In this document: positions 16,999 to 27,382 of the stretch, one piece after another
Position numbering within the stretch: position 1 is the stretch's first letter
How the letters are laid out: each line of letters starts with the position of its first letter
Virus record (IMG/VR): IMGVR_UViG_3300035182_001904
Direction: 5' to 3' (one strand)
Length of the DNA stretch: 64,000 nt
DNA from: a virus
Translations under genes and position numbers: made by a program
The notes under the pieces: model-generated
Told to the model about the DNA's origin: nothing
The model's input: only the letters and a program-made list of their open reading frames with translations
Database searches by the model: none

Positions 16999-18055
16999 CC
17001 CTCCCAACAACAACGATTCGACTGAGGTGATGGGGATCGGGCTGACGCGCGTCGCGTCCGCACAGGACGCCAAGACCCAGTCCGACGTAAACGAGAAGTC
17101 TCCCTCGATCGAATACGACCCGAGCACCAAGCAGCGCTTCTACGATACAGCACCCGTTCCCACGAAGCGCTTGTTTGCGTCCCCTCTGGCAATCAAAGGA
17201 CCTTACGTTCGTGGAGGCGTGCGCAGCATCGACGATGGTTGGTCCTCCAGTCACCGCGCACTCGACTACCAGGTCGAACTTGGCGAACCGGTCTACGCGA
17301 TGGGTGATGGCACCGTGGTGTTCGTTGGATACCAGTCGAAAGCACTCCATCTGGACCTGGTCAATGTCGAAGGCGCACATGCCGATGCCCACGGAAACAT
17401 CCTGAGCAGCAACTCCACGGTGGTCTCGACGGTTGATCAGATCGGGCTGGGTGGCATCGTCGTGCAGATCCTACACAACGGAGACTTCGAGGGGTATCGC
17501 ACCGAGTACTACCGTCTCGGCAGCGTCGACGTCAGCGCGATTGCGCCAGGCAACTCGGTGACCGAAGGACAGAAGATCGGGACGACGGGCGGGACCGGCG
17601 GTCCGACGGGCTTCTCGACGACCTCACCGATTCTCTCCCTGCAGATCTCGTTCGTTTCAGGCACGACATCTTCCTTGGTCCCACCGACATCGATCGTGCC
17701 GAACTCTTGGCCGGGTCACCAAGACTCCACGACGGGTGCAGGGATTTCCAACAGCATCCTCATGGCGCCCGAGGCGCCATTCGGTTCGCAGATGATGTCG
17801 AGCTTCGCCGCGGTCTTCCTACAGGGCGCGGATCGCGGCACGTCCCTACAGAACCAAGACACGTCAGACATCAAACTGGCGCAGGCGCGCCACGCAACGT
17901 TCATTCAACAAGCAGCCAACGCGCGGCTGAGCAGCTTGTACGCCGCAACTTCCGCGTTCAAAACACAGCCGCTCGAAAAGGTCAGCGCACCCATGGTGTT
18001 CGACTTCGATAAGGGTGTGTGGATCATCAACGGCGTCGAACAAGGGCCGGTATAG
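16991..18055 (+). CDS. M23-peptidase-like protein, probably catalytically inactive
   Basis: HRALD, PVYAMGDGTV and VTEGQKIGTTGGTG are retained; YxH has become YYR and HxH has become ILS. Confidence 0.7.
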   Translation: MANPPNNNDSTEVMGIGLTRVASAQDAKTQSDVNEKSPSIEYDPSTKQRFYDTAPVPTKRLFASPLAIKGPYVRGGVRSIDDGWSSSHRALDYQVELGEPVYAMGDGTVVFVGYQSKALHLDLVNVEGAHADAHGNILSSNSTVVSTVDQIGLGGIVVQILHNGDFEGYRTEYYRLGSVDVSAIAPGNSVTEGQKIGTTGGTGGPTGFSTTSPILSLQISFVSGTTSSLVPPTSIVPNSWPGHQDSTTGAGISNSILMAPEAPFGSQMMSSFAAVFLQGADRGTSLQNQDTSDIKLAQARHATFIQQAANARLSSLYAATSAFKTQPLEKVSAPMVFDFDKGVWIINGVEQGPV

Positions 18056-18056
18056 C

Positions 18057-18503
18057 ATGGCGTATGACGTCAACATCCAGATCGTTCCCGCGTCCCAGTA
18101 TACGGGGATGGGTTTTTACTCGTTCGGGCAGACGCGGTCACTAGGCGTGCGTGGAATCCAGAAACTGGTCAACATCTTCGCCAAGTACCTGCTGACGCCT
18201 GTCGGGACAGACCCGCTGGACCTCACGTATGGAACCAACCTGACGTACCTCATCGGCACTAACGTGTCTTTGAATGACGCACGTGAGGTCTTGGACATGG
18301 CCGTCGACACGGCGGCTACAGCCATCCGTACATTTCAATCCCTTCAGTCGTCCGTGGATGATGACGAACGTCTTGCAACCGCTGTCGTTACCGACTACAT
18401 CGTCATTCCTGATGGTCCTGGGTTCGCCGCTCAGGTTCTGATCACCAACGTCGCGAATCAACAGCTGCAAATCGTGCTCCCCACGCTCGAGGTACGCCAA
18501 TGA
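18057..18503 (+). CDS. baseplate wedge gp25/W-like protein
   Basis: GIQKLVNIFAKYLLTPVGTDPLDLTYGTNL matches the gp25-like pattern; start at ATG 18057. Confidence 0.75.
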   Translation: MAYDVNIQIVPASQYTGMGFYSFGQTRSLGVRGIQKLVNIFAKYLLTPVGTDPLDLTYGTNLTYLIGTNVSLNDAREVLDMAVDTAATAIRTFQSLQSSVDDDERLATAVVTDYIVIPDGPGFAAQVLITNVANQQLQIVLPTLEVRQ

Positions 18504-20533
18504 GTACGACCGTCACGATCAGCCCGTCCGACGTTTCGACAGCGGCGGATTTCCTCGAGCAATTCCTGACAGACCAAGTACCTGACGGCGATTTCAGCCG
18601 AGGGACGGCGCTGCGTGACCTCAGCGTGCAAGCCATCGCCGCGGTGGTCGCGTTTCTTCGTGCGGATGCCGCTCAGATCCGGCAAATGCAGTCGCTGGTG
18701 ACGGTGGAGGCCGCCGTCAACTCGGTTGGAGGGGATGCCCAGGCGTTGACGGATGCCGTCACCGCGATCCTGTCCAACTTCTTCGTCGCACCCAAGAGCG
18801 GAACGTTCGCGCGTGGCTTCGCCATCGGCCACGCGTCGCAACAGGTCGACATCTTCATCGCAGTGACCATCCGCTTCACGTACAGCCGGGGAATCGTGTT
18901 CGCGGTCGACTCGGCCGATACGCTCTTCATCCCGAAGTCCGAGCTGGTGCCGATCGTCCAGGCAGACGGCTCCATCGTCGACTACGAATTCCGGATCCCG
19001 CTGGTCGCGGTCGCCCCCGGCGAGACCTACAACATCGCTCCGGGTCTGTTCGCAGCGTTCGACCGCTTCAATCCGTACGTCACGCGCGTCGAGAACACTG
19101 CGACCTTCGCTGGCGGGCGTGGCGCCGAGACCATCTCGGAAATCCTGGCACGCGCACCTACCGTCGTGGCCGTTCGTAACCTCATCAACGCGCGGTCCAT
19201 CATCGCGACGCTCGATGACAACTTCGAAGGGATCCAGAACATCCTGGTCGTGGGGATGGGCGACCCTGAGATGCAGCGCGACATCGTTCCGACGATCGCG
19301 CCCAACCTGAAGTTTCACATCGGCGGTGCCGTCGACATCTACCTGCGCACGGCCTTGGTGGAGACGTCGTTCACCGGCTCCGTCGGTGGATTGTTCGCCC
19401 GTCCTGACGGCATCTCCACGGTCTTCCGTGATGGTGCCGTGAGTTTCGCGTCCGTGCTGCCAGGCGACATCATCCGCGTCACCGCCGGGTTCCCGACGAC
19501 TCCGGCGGAGTTCTTGGTGGTGGAGAACGCGGGCACGTCGCTCATCGTGAGCAACCAGTCGCCGTTTCCGATCGCGACCGATGAAGCAGCACCCCCGACC
19601 ACGGTCAGCTATGTGATCGGACGGATCGGTCCAACGTACAACGACGTCGTCTTCGACCTTGGCGGGCTGCCATACACGACAGGTTCGACGTCGCGCAAGG
19701 TCGCGACGTCTGGACGCATCACACTTCCCGGAGGTCCTGTCATGGACATCCTGGACGTGGCGATCATCAACCCGGCCGCGCCCGAAGCCGCGTTCAAATC
19801 GACGCTCGACGGCTTCGTCCACTTCCCCAACCAGGTCAACCAAGCCCCTCAACAGACCGCGACGCCTACCCAGGGGCTGCAGTTCCAGACGATCGTGCAC
19901 GCGCCGCTGCAAGCACAGAGCGCGCTCCAGTGGATGGAGGTCGTCGTCGGCACCGACTCGTTCCGGTCGCGGTTCGACACGTACCTGCTGCGCGTTCGCT
20001 ACCGCACGCTGCAGACGTTCGCGAGCATCGATGCGTTCGTGCGCAGCCCTCGAGAACGGGTCAGCGCCGCCTTCCAACTTCCCCGTGGACATCACCCTGT
20101 CGCGGTGTCGATGGTGCTCACGTACACTCTCAAGGCGACGGCCGCCTCAACGCTCGACAACACCGCCATCGCGCAGACCATCGTGGACTACGTCAACACG
20201 TTCGACGCAACCGCCGCGTCTATTGACGTCGCGGCCATCATCCAACTGGTCATGAACACCTACCCGGACATCGGGAACATCGTTCCGTCGTATCCGGGGT
20301 ATCCGATCCTTCGCATCAACTACGCACTACGCGCTCCCACTGGCGACGTGTTGACGTACAGCACGGCGGACGCAGTCAGCATCGACCTGACCAAACAAAC
20401 CGCCGGACCCGTACCACCCACGTGGACCTTCAACGGCGAGCCTGTCACCCTTGACAGTCTTGGCGTTACGAACCGGACACTGCGGTACATCGCAAACACG
20501 ACCACGATCGTGGCGACCCAGGCAGGTACCTGA
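18500..20533 (+). CDS. baseplate J-like wedge protein
   Basis: DFSRGTALRDL N-terminus, AVAPGETYN, GGRGAETISE and GGAVDIY; follows the gp25-like gene. Confidence 0.75.
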   Translation: MSTTVTISPSDVSTAADFLEQFLTDQVPDGDFSRGTALRDLSVQAIAAVVAFLRADAAQIRQMQSLVTVEAAVNSVGGDAQALTDAVTAILSNFFVAPKSGTFARGFAIGHASQQVDIFIAVTIRFTYSRGIVFAVDSADTLFIPKSELVPIVQADGSIVDYEFRIPLVAVAPGETYNIAPGLFAAFDRFNPYVTRVENTATFAGGRGAETISEILARAPTVVAVRNLINARSIIATLDDNFEGIQNILVVGMGDPEMQRDIVPTIAPNLKFHIGGAVDIYLRTALVETSFTGSVGGLFARPDGISTVFRDGAVSFASVLPGDIIRVTAGFPTTPAEFLVVENAGTSLIVSNQSPFPIATDEAAPPTTVSYVIGRIGPTYNDVVFDLGGLPYTTGSTSRKVATSGRITLPGGPVMDILDVAIINPAAPEAAFKSTLDGFVHFPNQVNQAPQQTATPTQGLQFQTIVHAPLQAQSALQWMEVVVGTDSFRSRFDTYLLRVRYRTLQTFASIDAFVRSPRERVSAAFQLPRGHHPVAVSMVLTYTLKATAASTLDNTAIAQTIVDYVNTFDATAASIDVAAIIQLVMNTYPDIGNIVPSYPGYPILRINYALRAPTGDVLTYSTADAVSIDLTKQTAGPVPPTWTFNGEPVTLDSLGVTNRTLRYIANTTTIVATQAGT

Positions 20534-22917
20534 TGCCGACCATTGGGTACGAGTACAACTTCATCCGAGGTCTTTCGGACTTCTGGCAGCGGTTCTTCGC
20601 GGATGCCGACCAGCTCGAGGCACTCTATCGAGGTTCTGCCATCCTCATCGGACAGGCGTACCTGGACCTCATGTCCGCGACGCTCGGCGTGGCGCTCAAA
20701 GATGCGATCGCGCTCGATCGCGAGTACTACCACATGCTCGCGATTCGCGAGGATGAGGTCCGTTTCGTCGAGGGTGCCACGGTCGCCGACAATCGTTGGG
20801 CCTACGCGCTGCCCGACCCCGTTGTCACGTTCATCTCGATCGACAACCGCGTCGTCGAACCGACAGCCTCGCTCGAACCGCAACGAGATTTCGACGTGAT
20901 CGATCGCGTCGTCTTGTTCAAGACTGACCCGACCAACCCGGCAGGCGATGGTCTGCCGCTCGCGGGATTCGCGCGTCGATCGATCGACGTCTCTGTGGGT
21001 GGAAGCTTCACGGATACGCTCGTGTCTTTGTGGACCACCACCACCTTCGTCAAGAAGGGCGACACCCTGAGGATCCTCGATGTGGGGACTGACGGTGCCC
21101 AGCGTAAGCGCGAAGACCATGAGATCATCCTCGTCCGCGACCCTGCGTTGTACGTCTCTGCAGATTCCGCACTGGCGACACCGACATCCAACATCAAATA
21201 CGTCGTCTTGCGCGTACCGGCAAACACGGCGGTCGTTGCAGAAGCGTTCACGCTGGTCTTGAATACTGCGACGTTTGTGCACAACCGCATCGATCATGGG
21301 TCGGTTCGCGTGTTCGCACGCCGCGTCTCTGACGGCATGGACGTCGTCGAAAACGTCGACTACACCATCAACTATGAGGGTGGCATCATCTACCAGTTGA
21401 CGTCCTGGTTGGGGGTGAGCCCGTACGCCGTCGACTACACGTGGCGCGAGGAGGTCTACCCTTCCGCGGGGCCAGAGCCGCGCCTGTCCATCACAGGCAA
21501 GATCGTCTCAGCAGCGACATCGACGCGAGTGATTCAGATCGCGGCATGGACGCCTGAAACGCTTGTGGACCGTCGCACGTTGGCGAACAACTTCGGCGCG
21601 CTGATCGGCCGTCAGGAGAACAGCACCGAAGCCTACCGTTCGTTCCTCGAAGGCATCTTCCAGCTCTACATCCTGGGCCCTGTCCTCGAGCGTATCGAGA
21701 GCGCGTTGAACGTCGTCCTGAACCTGCCGGTGGTGCGTGAAGATGGCGAGATCTACCAATCCACAGATCTCACAGACCCCGTAGTCGACCGTATCCTGAC
21801 CACGCGCCCGTCGACAGGGCAGACCGTGACATACGAGTTCCCCAAGGGAACGCCACTTCGTACCGATCTCGTCGTAGGCCAGTCTCTCCTGTCGTTCGAC
21901 CCTCTCACGACCGCAGTCGCGGTGACCGACTACGTGGAGACGCCGTCGTGGTGGTATGGCGAAGCGATTCCCGAAGAACTGTTCTCGCTCGTGAACGGCA
22001 GCGTGCCGCCCATCTTCCGGCGCCTTGCCAGCCCGTTCTATGTCGAGAACATCGTCGGAGCACCCGACGATCCCCAGGTGGGAGACCCGGGGCTTCATGT
22101 TGGAACCGATGAGACGGGCATCGTGCTCTCCCCTCTGCCTGCCCGCATCTATCGGCACCGCATGGCGTTCGTGTTGATGGATCGCTACCTGAAGTTCCAC
22201 ACGTTCTCGGTCCGATTCGACGCGCTTGCGCTATCGGCTGCGGGCGGTACCGCCTTCGCACAGAGCCTCAAGGACCTCAACAAGCTGGTCCTATCTGCCA
22301 AGCCGTCGCATACGTACGTGTTCACGACGCCGACGACAGGGTTCAAAGACATCATCGACGTGGAGGAAGGTCCGATCGATTTTGCGCGGCAAGTCGGTTC
22401 GCGCGTCTACGGTCCAGACAAGGTGCTGTTCGCCGATTCAGAGCCTGTGGTGGGTGCAGGCATCTGGTTGGTGGGCGACTACTTCAAGTACGAGTACTTC
22501 ACTGCGTTGACAGCCTTTCCAGCGCTCTTCGCGCCTGTGACGCTAGCGAACACTCCGACACCTCCTCGACATGGACGGTTGGTTCGTGCGTACGTTGCAG
22601 GCAATGTCGGCGGCGTGGCCTTGGTCGAGAACGTCGACTACACCGTCGACTACGCCAACCGCACCATCACACGTCTGACGGCATGGATTTCAACAACCGT
22701 GAACGTGACGTACACCCAGCTCAGTATCGAGAACCTGGCGGATGCACCCGTCAGCATCGGTGACATGCCGCTCTTGGTTAACGGGGTCGATCCCGCGCTC
22801 ATCACAGGCGCGTTCAGTGCTTCTGCTGCGGGCTGGGACGGTGTTATAGAGGGGCCGACTTCCCCACGCGATATCGGCTTGGTCGAACGAGCCCTCATCG
22901 TGTCTGCCCACCCCTGA
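20533..22917 (+). CDS. baseplate wedge protein (I/gp7-like)
   Basis: Follows baseplate J; contains LANNFGALIG and KPSHT, and repeated VENVDYT motifs. Confidence 0.55.
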   Translation: MPTIGYEYNFIRGLSDFWQRFFADADQLEALYRGSAILIGQAYLDLMSATLGVALKDAIALDREYYHMLAIREDEVRFVEGATVADNRWAYALPDPVVTFISIDNRVVEPTASLEPQRDFDVIDRVVLFKTDPTNPAGDGLPLAGFARRSIDVSVGGSFTDTLVSLWTTTTFVKKGDTLRILDVGTDGAQRKREDHEIILVRDPALYVSADSALATPTSNIKYVVLRVPANTAVVAEAFTLVLNTATFVHNRIDHGSVRVFARRVSDGMDVVENVDYTINYEGGIIYQLTSWLGVSPYAVDYTWREEVYPSAGPEPRLSITGKIVSAATSTRVIQIAAWTPETLVDRRTLANNFGALIGRQENSTEAYRSFLEGIFQLYILGPVLERIESALNVVLNLPVVREDGEIYQSTDLTDPVVDRILTTRPSTGQTVTYEFPKGTPLRTDLVVGQSLLSFDPLTTAVAVTDYVETPSWWYGEAIPEELFSLVNGSVPPIFRRLASPFYVENIVGAPDDPQVGDPGLHVGTDETGIVLSPLPARIYRHRMAFVLMDRYLKFHTFSVRFDALALSAAGGTAFAQSLKDLNKLVLSAKPSHTYVFTTPTTGFKDIIDVEEGPIDFARQVGSRVYGPDKVLFADSEPVVGAGIWLVGDYFKYEYFTALTAFPALFAPVTLANTPTPPRHGRLVRAYVAGNVGGVALVENVDYTVDYANRTITRLTAWISTTVNVTYTQLSIENLADAPVSIGDMPLLVNGVDPALITGAFSASAAGWDGVIEGPTSPRDIGLVERALIVSAHP

Positions 22918-22919
22918 AC

Positions 22920-22929
22920 CCCTATAATT
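22920..22929 (+). promoter_or_regulatory. candidate phage late promoter CCCTATAATT
   Basis: Identical 10-mer at 22920, 31920 and 36692, each just upstream of a + strand gene; no -35 seen. Confidence 0.6.
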
Positions 22930-22939
22930 ACGCGGAACC

Positions 22940-23476
22940 ATGCGCAAAACCTTACGTACGAGCGAGGGCCTTCCGATGATGGGGACCATCAGCATGGTCA
23001 TCCGCGATGCGACAACGCGGAGGGTGAAGAAGCGGATCACGATCCGCAACAAGATCACCTACCTCGCGGCCGATGTTCTGGTCGAGCTGATCGCACAACG
23101 TGCCACCGACCCCGTTCCTGGAAAAGACCTCATCTACTCCATGCGCATGGGGAGTTCGAACACGGCGGCGGCTCGGTCGGACACGAACCTCGGCGCGTTC
23201 GTTATCGGCAAGGTGATTGGGGATGTTGGCAAGGTCACCGGGGCGCCTGGCGAGATCAAGTTCATCGCAACGCTCGAGGCTGCCGACGCGAACGGGTTCA
23301 CGTTGCGTGAGGCGGGTCTCTTCACCGCGGGCGCAACGCCTGGCACCAGCAACGCGCCTGGAACCGCTCCCGGCGTGACCCGCATGTTCGCTCGTCAGGT
23401 CTACCCTGACATCCCGAAGACGATCGCCATCGTGGTCGACTACACCTGGACGATCGCCTTCACCGCTGTTCCCTGA
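22940..23476 (+). CDS. tail collar/fibre attachment protein (DUF3751-like)
   Basis: NKIT...MGSSNTAAARSDTNL...ANGFTLREAGLF...MFAR...YTWTIAF pattern. Confidence 0.65.
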   Translation: MRKTLRTSEGLPMMGTISMVIRDATTRRVKKRITIRNKITYLAADVLVELIAQRATDPVPGKDLIYSMRMGSSNTAAARSDTNLGAFVIGKVIGDVGKVTGAPGEIKFIATLEAADANGFTLREAGLFTAGATPGTSNAPGTAPGVTRMFARQVYPDIPKTIAIVVDYTWTIAFTAVP

Positions 23477-23491
23477 GACCAAGAGGTTCCT

Positions 23492-26400
23492 ATGCCCGGC
23501 ACCGTCAAGCAGTTCCTCGACTTCACGAACAACACGAACAACGACACGGGCGAGAACAACGTCGCGTCGGTGCAGCCGATCGCGAACGGTGAGACGGTGG
23601 TTCAGGCCGTCCTGAACCGCCCGAGCGAGAGTCTCCGCCAACGAACCGAGGCTGTTCGCAGCGTCGAGATGGACACGCTCTACCTCCGCGACGCTGACCG
23701 GCAGCTCATCTTGTCCGGCCCCGGCAAGATCACGTGGCCGGGCAGCACGACAGCAGCCGCGAACGGCATTCCCGTCATCAGCGACAACCTCTACATCCTG
23801 CCGATGCTCACACCGGGCTTCGCCCAGGCAGCGCCCGTGCCTCCGGTCGCGTCGGCCTACGGCACGCTCCACCTCAAGCGCGCCAGCGACAACATGAACT
23901 CGATCCTGGTGACCAGCCAGCGTCGGAGCTACGCCGCGGGTGACCAGATCAACATCACCGTGACGCCGGGGCTCGCGTTCACGTGCGTCCTCGACAGCGA
24001 GATGACGTACCAGCGCACGATCAAGATCACGGCCGTAGTCGGCGTCACGACGCTGTCGCAGACCATCACGGCGCTCGTGGCACTGACTCCGTCGGCCCCG
24101 GACAACACGCCGCTCGTGCTCGCAGTGCTCGAGGGAGGCGCGCTCGCAGGAGACTTCCTCCTGACGTCGCAGGCACAGCAGTACGTCTCGGGCAACTACG
24201 ACGGCGAAGGTCACACCATCACGCCGGCGAACCTCGCGAGCTTCTTCGTGAGCAACCCGCTGCAGGCCCTCGCCGAGGGCGACACGCTCTGCGTCAACTA
24301 CGCGATGGTCACAGACACTGCCTCAACGGGCGGCCGTCGCCAGGCGATTCCCGAGAACTCGAACACGGCGATCCCTGCGGGGGCCTACTTCAACAGCCGC
24401 GTTCACCCAGAGAACCTCGTCAACGCGTTGCCGATCTGCAAGGTCGTCAACGGTTCGCTCGTGTTCGGCACCGGCATCGAGATCTTGGCGGGTGACGCCA
24501 ACGTCTCGCTCAGCGCGGTCAGCAACGGATCGGCGATCATCCGCAACCCCGGCTTCGAGCACGGCATCACGCTGAGCACGGTCCGCTTCGGGATCTCGGA
24601 CTGGGAGAACCGTGCAGACCTTGCGGTCAACGGCGCCTTCCGTCTCAACACCACGACGCCGAGCACTGGCGTCAAGCAGCTCGAGTTCAACCAGACCAAC
24701 GTCGCGGCGGCGACAGGTCGCATCGAACAGCCTCAGGAGATCCCGGTCAATCCCGGCCAGGATATCCGGGTCCGCATCGCGATTCGCCAGCTGATCGCGC
24801 CGACCGCAGGGGCCTACTCGGTGGTGCTCTACTGGGGTGATGCTGACAGCACTGCATCGGGCAGCACGACCGTCGCATGTCAGGTCCTAGCCTCCACGGA
24901 CGTCGCCTATCGGACCGTGGCGCAGACCGTCGCGGTTCCCGCGGCCAAGCGCTTCCTCAAGCTGGTGACCGTCGAGGTCGCGGGCGTGACGCTTGGGGCG
25001 CCTGGCGTCTCGGTTCTCTTCGACGACCTCCAGGTCACCGTCGAGACGCAGACAGACATGACGCCGGCGGTCGACAACACGCACATGAAGCCGGAGATCG
25101 TCGACGCGCTGATCGTCGAAGACCCGACGACGTACGCGCTCGGCCAGCTCGCGGCACTTCTGCGCATGAACAAGGCGTCGCCTTCCAGCGAAGGAAGCGT
25201 GATCCTCGAGCGCAAGGACCAGGACTACTCTGGGGCCAACATCCCGCCGGCGCTGGCGCACTTCGGGCGGCTCTTCCAGCTCGGCTCGAAGCTGCTCAAC
25301 ACGGAAGCGCACGCGCTTCTGCCGCGCGTGTCGGCGGACTACAGCTCCGTCGCAGGCGTCGACTTCACGCTCATGTGGGAGTCGGGACGCAACGGCGAAA
25401 CGACCGGCGGCTACACGCAGCCGTGCGTGCGCCTCTACAGCTCGAACGACGGGCAGTGGGTGCTGACGTCGAACGCAATCTGGGGCGGCACAACCTGGAC
25501 CAAGGACGTCGCGGGCCAGAACGCGACGAAGCAGGGCCTCGCCAAGGACGGCATGCGTACGTTCACCCGCACGGCCGACGCCGCGTGGACTGATGGTGCG
25601 TGGGCTGACGCGCTGCGAATCACGAACCCGCTCGAGACTGCGGCAGACGCGCGGACCCCCCGCATCTCGGCGGGACTCTACAACGGCGCGTTGACGGACT
25701 TGACGTTGATCTCGCAGTTCACTTTCACAGGTGTTGCCATCCGTCTCTACGCAACGAACACGGCGCCAGAGACGGACGTTTACCTGACGTTCAACGCGGC
25801 GTGGAACGGGACCAACTGGGTCAAGGACACGAGTGGGAAAGTCTCCTCACGCATGTTGTTGGTCAACACGCTTGGAACTACTGCGGGGGAGAACAACTTC
25901 ATCTACCGCTACCAGACCTGCAAGACGACCGATACATTCCCCGAGTCTGACTGGACATCGGTCGGAACGTCTTCGACCATCACGTCGACAGGCGGACAAC
26001 TGCAAACCGGACAGGTCATCGCCGGCGCCGCGAACTCGACCGTCGCCCCCACCAGCGCGATCCTTCAAGCGATCCCGGACTTCGGTGACGCCATCGCCTC
26101 GGGCAACGAGCGGATGGAGTTCCGAGACCTCATCGAGCCGGGGGTCTACAACGTCGTCGACAGCTTCGGCCTCATCTCACCACGCGGCCCTCGCATCGTC
26201 GAAGAGTTCATGGACACGGCGGCACCGAGCGGCTGGACCACGGTGACTTCGGGTTCTGGTGCTGTCACGTTCAACTTCGAGAACCTGACCCGCGTCAAGC
26301 TGGCGGGTGGTTCTGGTACAGCAGCAGTTCGAACCAACGCTTTCGTCGTACCAGGCGCCTACGCATGCTTCAACGCAATCATGCGTTGGACCAACGTGAC

Positions 26401-26791
26401 GGGCACCTCGTTCGTGGGCCTCGTCGATGGCGGCGCCGCACATGACTTCGGTTTCGAACAGGACAGCGCAACCTACGGCGACGAGAAGCTTCGCATCGTC
26501 GTTCGGACAGGCGGCGGTCTGCAAGTTTTCGACACCGGCGTCGATGTGTCGACGAAACTCGACGACTGGTTCCTGCTCCGCGCCTGGTGTGCGGGCGGCA
26601 CAGGACTCATCACCACGTCGCGTGTCTACTGGGCTATCACAGGCAAGATCACCGCAACCGGCGTGTTCAACCCAGGCGGCGCTATCGTCAACCCGACGGC
26701 GGGACGCGTCTTCCGTGCGGAAGCCCTTAGCAACGGCATCGTTGTTCTCGACCGCGTCGCGGTTGGCGGCCACAGCAACTTCGGTCTGTAA
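23492..26791 (+). CDS. tail fibre / receptor-binding protein
   Basis: N-terminal VLNRPSESLRQRT attachment motif, CBM-like RNPGFE domain, duplicated internal module and lectin-like C-terminus. Confidence 0.7.
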   Translation: MPGTVKQFLDFTNNTNNDTGENNVASVQPIANGETVVQAVLNRPSESLRQRTEAVRSVEMDTLYLRDADRQLILSGPGKITWPGSTTAAANGIPVISDNLYILPMLTPGFAQAAPVPPVASAYGTLHLKRASDNMNSILVTSQRRSYAAGDQINITVTPGLAFTCVLDSEMTYQRTIKITAVVGVTTLSQTITALVALTPSAPDNTPLVLAVLEGGALAGDFLLTSQAQQYVSGNYDGEGHTITPANLASFFVSNPLQALAEGDTLCVNYAMVTDTASTGGRRQAIPENSNTAIPAGAYFNSRVHPENLVNALPICKVVNGSLVFGTGIEILAGDANVSLSAVSNGSAIIRNPGFEHGITLSTVRFGISDWENRADLAVNGAFRLNTTTPSTGVKQLEFNQTNVAAATGRIEQPQEIPVNPGQDIRVRIAIRQLIAPTAGAYSVVLYWGDADSTASGSTTVACQVLASTDVAYRTVAQTVAVPAAKRFLKLVTVEVAGVTLGAPGVSVLFDDLQVTVETQTDMTPAVDNTHMKPEIVDALIVEDPTTYALGQLAALLRMNKASPSSEGSVILERKDQDYSGANIPPALAHFGRLFQLGSKLLNTEAHALLPRVSADYSSVAGVDFTLMWESGRNGETTGGYTQPCVRLYSSNDGQWVLTSNAIWGGTTWTKDVAGQNATKQGLAKDGMRTFTRTADAAWTDGAWADALRITNPLETAADARTPRISAGLYNGALTDLTLISQFTFTGVAIRLYATNTAPETDVYLTFNAAWNGTNWVKDTSGKVSSRMLLVNTLGTTAGENNFIYRYQTCKTTDTFPESDWTSVGTSSTITSTGGQLQTGQVIAGAANSTVAPTSAILQAIPDFGDAIASGNERMEFRDLIEPGVYNVVDSFGLISPRGPRIVEEFMDTAAPSGWTTVTSGSGAVTFNFENLTRVKLAGGSGTAAVRTNAFVVPGAYACFNAIMRWTNVTGTSFVGLVDGGAAHDFGFEQDSATYGDEKLRIVVRTGGGLQVFDTGVDVSTKLDDWFLLRAWCAGGTGLITTSRVYWAITGKITATGVFNPGGAIVNPTAGRVFRAEALSNGIVVLDRVAVGGHSNFGL

Positions 26792-26800
26792 GGAGCACAC

Positions 26801-27382
26801 ATGTCCAACACGCTTTCTATCGACCTGCTCCAAAGCAAAGGTGCTTGCGCACGCGAGTGCATTGCACTTCGCGAGATCTATCCCGACGGAACGATCATCT
26901 TCGATATGTCGTTCTACCCACAGGTACGCGACAAGCCCATCAACGTGATGTGGGCCGTGCTGCTGCTGCCGTCCAACATCCAACTTCAACTGGCCTTGGG
27001 TTGGTTCGATCGCGCTCTCGCCGGCCAGGCAGTGCCCTGGAAGTCTGACTTGCGTACACTGGTCATCGCGCCGCAAGGTACGGCAGCGGCTGCACAGCTC
27101 GGCGCACGTCTGGCGGATCGCCGTCTCGTGAGCGCTGCAGACGAGCTGGCCACGGCGGTGGCAGGTGTCGGCTACGCTGCGGCAGCGCTGGCAGGCAAGT
27201 TCGCCGAGACGCCCATCGACCCTCTTCGAACTCAATCGGCCATGGCGGTCATGGCAGGGTGGTGTTCTCGGTGCGCGGCAGTGGTTGAGACCAAGGCCGA
27301 CACTGTCGTTCTGGACGACCTCAAGTCCGCGGTGTGGCAAGCGTTGTCGCAACATGGCGCAACGTTGCCAACGATGCGTTAG
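26801..27382 (+). CDS. hypothetical protein (possible fibre chaperone)
   Basis: AAGGAG Shine-Dalgarno; follows the fibre gene. Confidence 0.55.
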   Translation: MSNTLSIDLLQSKGACARECIALREIYPDGTIIFDMSFYPQVRDKPINVMWAVLLLPSNIQLQLALGWFDRALAGQAVPWKSDLRTLVIAPQGTAAAAQLGARLADRRLVSAADELATAVAGVGYAAAALAGKFAETPIDPLRTQSAMAVMAGWCSRCAAVVETKADTVVLDDLKSAVWQALSQHGATLPTMR

